DNA of 64,000 nucleotides from an uncultured Verminephrobacter sp. (GTDB lineage Bacteria; Pseudomonadota; Gammaproteobacteria; Burkholderiales; Burkholderiaceae_C): NCBI GenBank assembly GCA_964466605.1, contig CAYXSL010000002.1, positions 2,871 to 66,870 of the forward strand, read 5' to 3'. Shown piece by piece: positions 37,219 to 44,338 of this stretch (position 1 is its first letter; each line of letters starts with the position of its first letter). The notes under the pieces were generated by a model. It saw only the letters and a program-made list of their open reading frames with translations, ran no database searches and was not told where the DNA came from. The position numbers and the translations under genes were made by a program.

Positions 37219-38723
37219 GCGCAGCCGCCATGCACGCCGCGCGCGCGGCCACCACGGCAACGGCCCCCGGCGCGCCCCGCCCGCCCTCGCTCATCCGCCG
37301 CCTGATTGCCTGGCAAGCCCTGGCGCTGGTCGTGGCCTGGCTGGCCCTGGCCTCTGTGATGACCTGGGTGGCGCTGGAACGCAGCCCCGAAGACATCGAC
37401 ACCCGTCTGCGCGAAACCGCCCGCATCCTGGCCGAAGCTGCCAGCGGCCCCGAGGCCACCCTGCCCGCCCGCATGTTGGCCGCCCAGGCCGCGCTGCTGC
37501 GCATCACCGGCCGCGACCTGCTCGGCATGGCGGGCCTGACCCACACCCGCGTGTTGAACACGCAGGGCCAGGTGCTGTACCGCAGCAGCGAAGACGTGCC
37601 CTGGCCGCACACTGCCATGGAAACCGCCACGGAAACCGTCCTGCCCCCACCCGGCAACCCGCCCTGGCACCTGCACACCCAGGCCGCCAGCGACGGCAGT
37701 GTGGTGGTGCAGGTGGCCGAGCCCGGCGCGCTGCAGTTGGGTGCCCTGCTGCCGGTGCTGTGGCTGGTGCTCAAAAGCCAGCTGGGCGTGTTTTTGTGGC
37801 ACGGGCTGGTGGTGTGGGTCACGGTGCGCAGCGGGCTGGCGCCGCTGCGGCAGCTGGCGCAGCGCATCTCGCGCCGCCGCGCGGGCGACCTGGCGCCCGT
37901 GCAGGTAGACAGGCTCTATGCCGAAACCGCACCCGTGGTCCATGAACTCAACGCCCTGCTCGCCCACGAGGCCCAGCGGCTGGAGGCCGAACGGCGCTTT
38001 CTGGCCGACGCCGCACACGAGCTGCGCACGCCCCTGGCCGCCATCAACGCCCAGGCCCACCAGTTGCTGACTGAGCCCGACCCCAGCGCGCAGGCCGACG
38101 CAGCCCACGCGCTGCAGCAGGGCATCACCCGCGCCTCGCACCTGCTCACCCAGCTGCTGACCCTGGCCCGCGCCGACGCGGCCGCCCAGCCAGCGGCTCC
38201 CGCCGCGCACCCCACGCTGGACCTGGCCGACCTGCTGCGCAACCGCGTGGCACTGCTCGTGCCCCTGGCGCGCGCACGGCGCATCGAACTGGCCCTGTAC
38301 GCCCCCGAGCACCTCAGCGCCCGGCTGGACCGCGAAGGCCTGTGCTCCGTTATCGACAACCTGGTGGACAACGCCATCCGCTACGGTGTGGCTGGTGGCA
38401 GCGTGGAGGTGACCCTTGGCACGGACGACGCAAGCCCCAGCGGCCCCATCGTGCTGCTGGTGCAGGACAACGGCCGGGGCATCGCCCCCGAACACCGCGC
38501 CCGGGTGTGGGAGCGCTTCTACCGCATCCCCGGCACCAGCGAGGCGGGCACCGGCCTGGGCCTGGCCATTGCACAGCGCGTGGTGCAGCGCATGGGCGGC
38601 ACCCTGGGCTTTGCCGACGGGCTGAGCGGGCGCGGCGTGGGCCTGCGCTGCGTGCTGCCGCGCGAGCCGCTGACCGCGCCGGGGGCGTTGCCCGGCACGG
38701 CAGCAGTAGAAAAATCTGAATAA
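37215..38723 (+). CDS. Sensor histidine kinase (QseC-like)
   Basis: Two TM segments, HAMP, FLADAAHELRTPL, NLVDNAIRY, DNGRGI, RFYR, GTGLGLAI. Confidence 0.92.
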   Translation: MSAAAMHAARAATTATAPGAPRPPSLIRRLIAWQALALVVAWLALASVMTWVALERSPEDIDTRLRETARILAEAASGPEATLPARMLAAQAALLRITGRDLLGMAGLTHTRVLNTQGQVLYRSSEDVPWPHTAMETATETVLPPPGNPPWHLHTQAASDGSVVVQVAEPGALQLGALLPVLWLVLKSQLGVFLWHGLVVWVTVRSGLAPLRQLAQRISRRRAGDLAPVQVDRLYAETAPVVHELNALLAHEAQRLEAERRFLADAAHELRTPLAAINAQAHQLLTEPDPSAQADAAHALQQGITRASHLLTQLLTLARADAAAQPAAPAAHPTLDLADLLRNRVALLVPLARARRIELALYAPEHLSARLDREGLCSVIDNLVDNAIRYGVAGGSVEVTLGTDDASPSGPIVLLVQDNGRGIAPEHRARVWERFYRIPGTSEAGTGLGLAIAQRVVQRMGGTLGFADGLSGRGVGLRCVLPREPLTAPGALPGTAAVEKSE

Positions 38724-38776
38724 AAACAGGCTCTACCGCGCGATGGATATGCCCAAACAGCTATCAAAATAGAAGC
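38716..38776 (-). repeat. Dispersed ~65-bp repeat, copy e (supplies the kinase stop codon)
   Basis: GAATAAAAACAGGCTCTACCGCGCGATGGATATGCCCAAACA + GCTATCAAAATAGAAGC core. Confidence 0.8.
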
Positions 38777-38840
38777 AAACCAACTCCGCTATCCACTGCG
38801 CAGCCCAAAAGTCGTAGTTGCCCTTTGCCAGAATGGCGCC

Positions 38841-39332
<492 letters not shown>

Positions 39333-39438
39333 ATGCGGGGCAATCCAATCAGGACAGGATGGTGAACGAGTGGAACAGCCACTCGACTCAACCAATCCGA
39401 ATGAAAACTGGGGCGATTCACCTGTGTGGACGCCGCGA

Positions 39439-39690
39439 CTACCCTTGGACAGAGGGGACAAGTTCTTCGCCATTCGACAGGAGAGAGATGGTGCAGCCCT
39501 CATATCCATAAATGATCAGGCCTGCTCTAACTTGCTCAAACTCAACATTGCCGACCAATCCACCACCGCGAACAAAAACTTCAACCCGCTGGCCGGGGAG
39601 GATCAAAAACTGATCGGCCCATGGTTCAACAGTTACGCGTAGTTCAACATCCGAACCATTGATATAGCTGAATCTTTGCAATGTCGTCAT
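39439..39690 (-). CDS. Putative immunity protein (83 aa)
   Basis: Starts 8 nt after the toxin stop with a purine-rich SD; small, no signal peptide. Function inferred from position only. Confidence 0.6.
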   Translation of the reverse strand: MTTLQRFSYINGSDVELRVTVEPWADQFLILPGQRVEVFVRGGGLVGNVEFEQVRAGLIIYGYEGCTISLLSNGEELVPSVQG

Positions 39691-39698
39691 AGTTCCAC

Positions 39699-40619
39699 CT
39701 ATTTCATCAATCGGAGAATTGTGTCCATCAGCTGAACGCGATTCTGAGCGGTCAAGTTGTTAGCGTTTCGAGCAAACTCGTTGGAATAGAAACCACGCCA
39801 TTGCGTGGCCATCTCCCGCGTCAACCCCTGAGCTTGCATCTGACCAACAGCATCGGCTGTCAGTGCCTGAGTCCGTGCAGCGGCGCCTTGAGGGCCAACG
39901 CCCCACCCGATCAGGTTCTTTCCGAACTGCGCCTGCGTCATGGCTTCCGGAATTGCGGGTGCAGCCAATTTCGCAACGGTGGGATCCGTGACCCCCTTTG
40001 CCACAAGGCCAACTTCTGAAGTACCCGACTTCGCAAACACGCCAGCAAGTTTGGCCCCAGCAGGAGCGACGCTACCGCCAACGCCTGTAAACGGCTCATT
40101 GCTCGTCGCAGCATGGTGAAAGTCCACCATGAACAATCCAACCGCTGCGAACACCAGCAGAGGGTGTCTGCCATCCGGGTCCACATACTTGTAGGGGTTG
40201 TTGTTTGCGTATGCGTACCGGTTGAAGGAATGAACATTGTCTTCCTGAAACTCAACCGGATCGATCCCCATGAACCGCCCCACCACCGGGCTGTAGTACC
40301 GCGCCCCCATGTAAGACAGGCCGGTGTTGGGGTCCAGCTGCTTGCCCGCGTACCACAGCTTGTTGTTGGCACCCACCGCAGGCGCCTGCAGCCGGTGCCC
40401 ATAAGGCAGGTAGCTTTCCTTCCAGACCACAGCGCCACTGGCATCTGTCGCCACTGCCGGGCTGCCCAGTACGTCGTTGTGAAAAAACGTGATGCTTGTT
40501 GTCTGCGCGCCGGCTTGGGGGGCCAGCACACCCATAACCAGTAGCAGGGCCAGCAGCGCTGCAAGCCGCACCCACGCGGCGTGGAGCCTGGCGGTCTTTG
40601 TCATCGTCGTCGTAGTCAT
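39699..40619 (-). CDS. Signal-peptide-bearing Rhs-associated core + C-terminal toxin (DUF4951-like tip)
   Basis: Signal peptide ending AGA-Q; FFHNDVLGSP, ESYLPYG, GKQLDPNTGLSYMGARYYSPVVGRF, NRYAYANNNPYKYVDPDGR; then a ~155-aa C-terminal domain. Confidence 0.9.
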   Translation of the reverse strand: MTTTTMTKTARLHAAWVRLAALLALLLVMGVLAPQAGAQTTSITFFHNDVLGSPAVATDASGAVVWKESYLPYGHRLQAPAVGANNKLWYAGKQLDPNTGLSYMGARYYSPVVGRFMGIDPVEFQEDNVHSFNRYAYANNNPYKYVDPDGRHPLLVFAAVGLFMVDFHHAATSNEPFTGVGGSVAPAGAKLAGVFAKSGTSEVGLVAKGVTDPTVAKLAAPAIPEAMTQAQFGKNLIGWGVGPQGAAARTQALTADAVGQMQAQGLTREMATQWRGFYSNEFARNANNLTAQNRVQLMDTILRLMK

Positions 40620-43414
40620 TGCGCGGACTCCTTCTGGGCGATGCGCTTGCCGTTCAGGTAGATGTACTGGATCAGCTTGCCGGGCGAGCCCGGGGTGTAT
40701 TCGGCCAGCAGGTTGCCGTGCACGCTGTGGAACTCATGGGTCTTGGTGTTCCCCTGGATCACCCTGGTGCGTTTTTGGTCTCCGTCGTAGGTGTACTGAA
40801 TGCTGGTGGCGGGCGTGGCGCAGTTCACACACTTGAGGTTGGGAACGCTGTCGTAGGTGTAGGTGCGCCCGCCTCCGCTGGCGATGTTGCCGAGACCGTC
40901 GTAGGAATAGGTGGCGGTAAAGGTATTGGGCGTGCTGTACACGCTGTTCAAGCGATTATTGCCATCGTAAGAATAGGAAAGCTGGAGGCCTGGAGCGTTG
41001 TAATCGGTGATATTCCCCGCACCGTTGTATGAGACTCTGCCACTGCCTTGTGGGGTGGAGAAATTCGTCAGCCTCTCCATTTCATCGTAGCCAAATGTTC
41101 GGCCGTAGACGGGGGCCGTCGAATCGCTGATGGACGTGAGATTGCCAACCGTGTCGTAGCCAAAAGAAGACCGGTTGTAGTAGCTTCCGGATTTGGAAGT
41201 AAAAAATGACGAGGGCCACAGCCGAGAGTTTTGGCCATATTCAGAAGAAGTGCCATTGGCATAGGCGATTCGCTGAATCTGCCCGGACGGCCAATAGCTG
41301 GCACTGGTTACATAACTTGTGATAGAGGTTGGTTGCCCAAGGTTGTTGACGCCGTAGTAAACCGTCTCACCCGAGCGGGGGTAAACAATGGATGTGAGTT
41401 GGTCATTGCCGTTGTACCCGTATTGGGCCGACCAGGATATATCCGCCGTCGCAAGCTCCTCGGTCCTGATGTTGCCGTTGCTGTCGTACGTGAAGCGGCG
41501 CGTTGCGTCGGACGTAGTGGTGCTCAGCAAGCGATGCGCGCCATCGTAGGAATGCGTCACCGACGGGGCAGCCCCGTAATAATTCACTGTACTCAATCGA
41601 TTCAAGCCATCGTAAGAATAGGCAATAGAACCCGTGCCGCTCACGTTCTTGGATGTCATGTTTCCAGCTGCGTCGCGCTCATAGTTGACAACACCCAGTT
41701 CAGGGTGTGTGGCTGAAACCATGTATCCGGGAGTGTTGTAAGTGAAGCTTCGGCTTACCCCACCCCGGGCGGCAGATGTGATCAAGTCTTTGTTGTTTCG
41801 CGCATAGCTCACGGATGAGGCACTGTCGGGCGCAGAAATCCCCATCAAAAACACTTTTTCGGGGTCTCCATAAGCCCTGTAGCTGTAGGTGGTGGAATAC
41901 CCTCTTTCATTTCGGATTGTTTTAGACGCACCGCCATAGGTGATGGTTCTAGACGACCCATCAGGATTGGTGACTTGCACCAAACGGTTCAAGATATCGT
42001 AAGAGTAGTTTTTGCCTGATCCGCCGTTAGGACTGGATTCAAACGTAGTGCGATCCAATGGATCGACAGAAAAAGAGGTAACAACACCGCCACGATTTAC
42101 GCTCGTCACTCGACCAAAATCGTCGTAGTTGGTGGTTTCGGTCGATCCCCCACGTGATGCGGTGCGGATGTTGGTGCCATATGTGACCGTCACCCTGTTG
42201 CCTGCTGGCGGGTCAATGGATGTGATGCGGTTGAGGTCATCGTAACCATAGCGGTTTGTACGTCCACTGCCATCTGTTTCAGAAGTCACATTGCCCGCAT
42301 CGTTGACCTGGCGATAAATCGTCACACCTTCGGGTTGGTTTTCGGTCTGCGGCACGCCACGCATGTAGCTGGAATAGCGGTGTGTCAACGACCTTGGAAA
42401 TGTGACGCTGCTTACGTTGCCATCGGAGTCATATTGGCGGCTGATGGATATTCCGTTTTTTTTCTCGTTGCTCAGGTTGCCGTTGCTGTCAAAGCTGCGG
42501 TTAATTGATTCACCTGATGAGCTTTCGTTCTGGACCTGGTTGATAATCCATTTCGTCGTGTTGACGTAGTAGCTTCTGGTCGTGCTTTTACTGCCGCCAT
42601 TCGGTCCGGATTCCGTAATGGACCGGGCATTGCCGTAAGAGTCGAAATTGCTGAAATCGGTGCGATAAGTGGTGCCATCACGGGTAATCAATTTCTGCGT
42701 CAATATGGGCGCATTGGTCTGCAAATAGTCGAACTTGGTCACAAAGGCGCCCGGGCGCACATACGTTTCAGAAGAGATTTGCTGGCCTTGCCATGTGTAT
42801 TGCTCCACCTGCGTGCTGCCGATCCTCTTCTCCACCAGCAAACCAACCTTCCACACGGTGCCCGGGCCCGCATAGTTGGGGCCAATGTGCTTGTAAGTGG
42901 TGGTCCCAGCGGGGCTTGTCACCGTGGTTGTATCCAACGAGCCTGGGCCGCCCGGTTGGTAATTGAATGACCAGCTCCCCCCTGTGCTCAAAGATTTGCT
43001 GCTAACCACATTGGAGCGGCTGCTAGGGTTTGATTGAGAATCAAAATAGACGAAGGCGTAAGAATAATTGATGGTGCCGCCAAAAGGACTTTTGGCAGAC
43101 CGCATCAAATAGCTGCCAGCAGAAGACCCATTGTTACCGTCGTAGCCATAGGCCCATGTACTCCCATCTGGGCGGGTGACACTGGAGAGTTGGTAGATTC
43201 CAGATATTCCAGACGGCTGATAGCTGTATTGAAATGTTTTTCCGGCACCCTTGATGCTTCTGATTCTGGCCGATATGGTGCCCGAGTCGTAGTAGCTGAA
43301 TGACACCGATCTTCCATCGCTGGTGGATATGCTGCGGATTTCTTGGCTTGCGCCTGATACATAGCTGATCGTGATGGTATTGCCATTGCGATCTGTTATT
43401 TTTTTGTATGCCAT
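40616..43414 (-). CDS. YD/RHS-repeat shell protein, main part (no Rhs core, no toxin tip)
   Basis: Many YD-type repeats (YGYDDLNRITSI, YSYDGLNRL, FTYDSNGNI, FGYDEMERL); ends ...IQYIYLNGKRIAQKESAQ just before where the core would begin. Confidence 0.88.
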   Translation of the reverse strand: MAYKKITDRNGNTITISYVSGASQEIRSISTSDGRSVSFSYYDSGTISARIRSIKGAGKTFQYSYQPSGISGIYQLSSVTRPDGSTWAYGYDGNNGSSAGSYLMRSAKSPFGGTINYSYAFVYFDSQSNPSSRSNVVSSKSLSTGGSWSFNYQPGGPGSLDTTTVTSPAGTTTYKHIGPNYAGPGTVWKVGLLVEKRIGSTQVEQYTWQGQQISSETYVRPGAFVTKFDYLQTNAPILTQKLITRDGTTYRTDFSNFDSYGNARSITESGPNGGSKSTTRSYYVNTTKWIINQVQNESSSGESINRSFDSNGNLSNEKKNGISISRQYDSDGNVSSVTFPRSLTHRYSSYMRGVPQTENQPEGVTIYRQVNDAGNVTSETDGSGRTNRYGYDDLNRITSIDPPAGNRVTVTYGTNIRTASRGGSTETTNYDDFGRVTSVNRGGVVTSFSVDPLDRTTFESSPNGGSGKNYSYDILNRLVQVTNPDGSSRTITYGGASKTIRNERGYSTTYSYRAYGDPEKVFLMGISAPDSASSVSYARNNKDLITSAARGGVSRSFTYNTPGYMVSATHPELGVVNYERDAAGNMTSKNVSGTGSIAYSYDGLNRLSTVNYYGAAPSVTHSYDGAHRLLSTTTSDATRRFTYDSNGNIRTEELATADISWSAQYGYNGNDQLTSIVYPRSGETVYYGVNNLGQPTSITSYVTSASYWPSGQIQRIAYANGTSSEYGQNSRLWPSSFFTSKSGSYYNRSSFGYDTVGNLTSISDSTAPVYGRTFGYDEMERLTNFSTPQGSGRVSYNGAGNITDYNAPGLQLSYSYDGNNRLNSVYSTPNTFTATYSYDGLGNIASGGGRTYTYDSVPNLKCVNCATPATSIQYTYDGDQKRTRVIQGNTKTHEFHSVHGNLLAEYTPGSPGKLIQYIYLNGKRIAQKESAQ

Positions 43415-43995
43415 TCATAGACAGGTGCGGCGGATGAACCAGAACCAACAGCTTGTGTCATCTCATAGCTGACGCCATCTGGGGATGTGACCACCATCCC
43501 ATTTCCGCCGGGATAGCACTCTGCCCGCCAACGCTGCGTGGACAACGCAAGGGGAGATGTTTGGCCTGTAAAAGTCAACAGCTGCCTGCTGCCGTCGGGC
43601 AGTTCCAGCGTCGGGTTGTCGGCAACGGTTTGACTGTTCATGTTCACGCAAGGCAGCGCTTCGCGGGCGCGCAGTATGCGGCCGAAGTGCATGCCCCAGC
43701 CCCAGCCGGCCGTCGTCTTAGGCTGGCCAGCGTTGGCCGGATTCACATTGCTGCTGTTGTACGACCGAATAATATTCAGATCGAGGCCACCGTTTCCTGG
43801 GATGCGCAGATCCACATAGTGCCGCTGCAATGACCCGGTGAAAGGATCAATATTTTCATTGTGGCTTTGATTGACAAAGTCGCGGTTCGGCTGGATTCCC
43901 GGTTCCTTGTAAAAATCGGGTATCACCTCTTGAGCATTCACCAGCGCAGAGGCTGAAAAAACAAAAAGCCCAAGCCCTTTCGTGAAATATCGCAT
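43396..43995 (-). CDS. N-terminal part of the YD shell protein (signal peptide + DUF6531-like domain), cut at an A7 run
   Basis: GGAGG SD, signal peptide MRYFTKGLGLFVFSASALVNA-Q, NIDPFTGSL...DLRIPGNGGLDLNIIRSYNS; ends ACA-AAA-AAA-TAA. One extra A joins it to the next ORF. Confidence 0.85.
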   Translation of the reverse strand: MRYFTKGLGLFVFSASALVNAQEVIPDFYKEPGIQPNRDFVNQSHNENIDPFTGSLQRHYVDLRIPGNGGLDLNIIRSYNSSNVNPANAGQPKTTAGWGWGMHFGRILRAREALPCVNMNSQTVADNPTLELPDGSRQLLTFTGQTSPLALSTQRWRAECYPGGNGMVVTSPDGVSYEMTQAVGSGSSAAPVYEWHTKK

Positions 43996-44024
43996 TTCAT
44001 CCTCCCTCGGTTAATTGGACACAC

Positions 44025-44071
44025 GTCGTCACTCGACTCTCCATAGGAGTCAACGAACTGACGACTTTTTT
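44025..44071. promoter_or_regulatory. Two-stem hairpin upstream of the Rhs operon
   Basis: GTCGTCA(44025-31)/TGACGAC(44059-65) outer stem and GACTC..GAGTC inner stem; followed by T6 on the + strand. Confidence 0.45.
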
Positions 44072-44123
44072 CCAATTTACACCGGAGAGCAAGTAGCAAC
44101 GAAAAGCCCCCGCCTCACCCCTG

Positions 44124-44164
44124 TGCATTCAATTTCATATTGACAAATTCATATATTGAATGCA
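44124..44164. promoter_or_regulatory. Perfect 10-bp inverted repeat in the AT-rich Rhs upstream region
   Basis: TGCATTCAAT-N21-ATTGAATGCA; the spacer carries TTCATAT twice. Confidence 0.55.
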
Positions 44165-44338
44165 AACCATTCTCAATAAATAATTCAAAATTTAAATAAC
44201 GATATTACTTATAACGTGAATAACCTATTTCGATATTGCCAGCTTCAAGCGGTGTCCTGCCTGGGGGCGCAAATAACGGCTGCGGGGCCAGCCTAATTTG
44301 TGGTCCGAGCAGGGCCGTTCAGATCCTGAACGCGCTGC

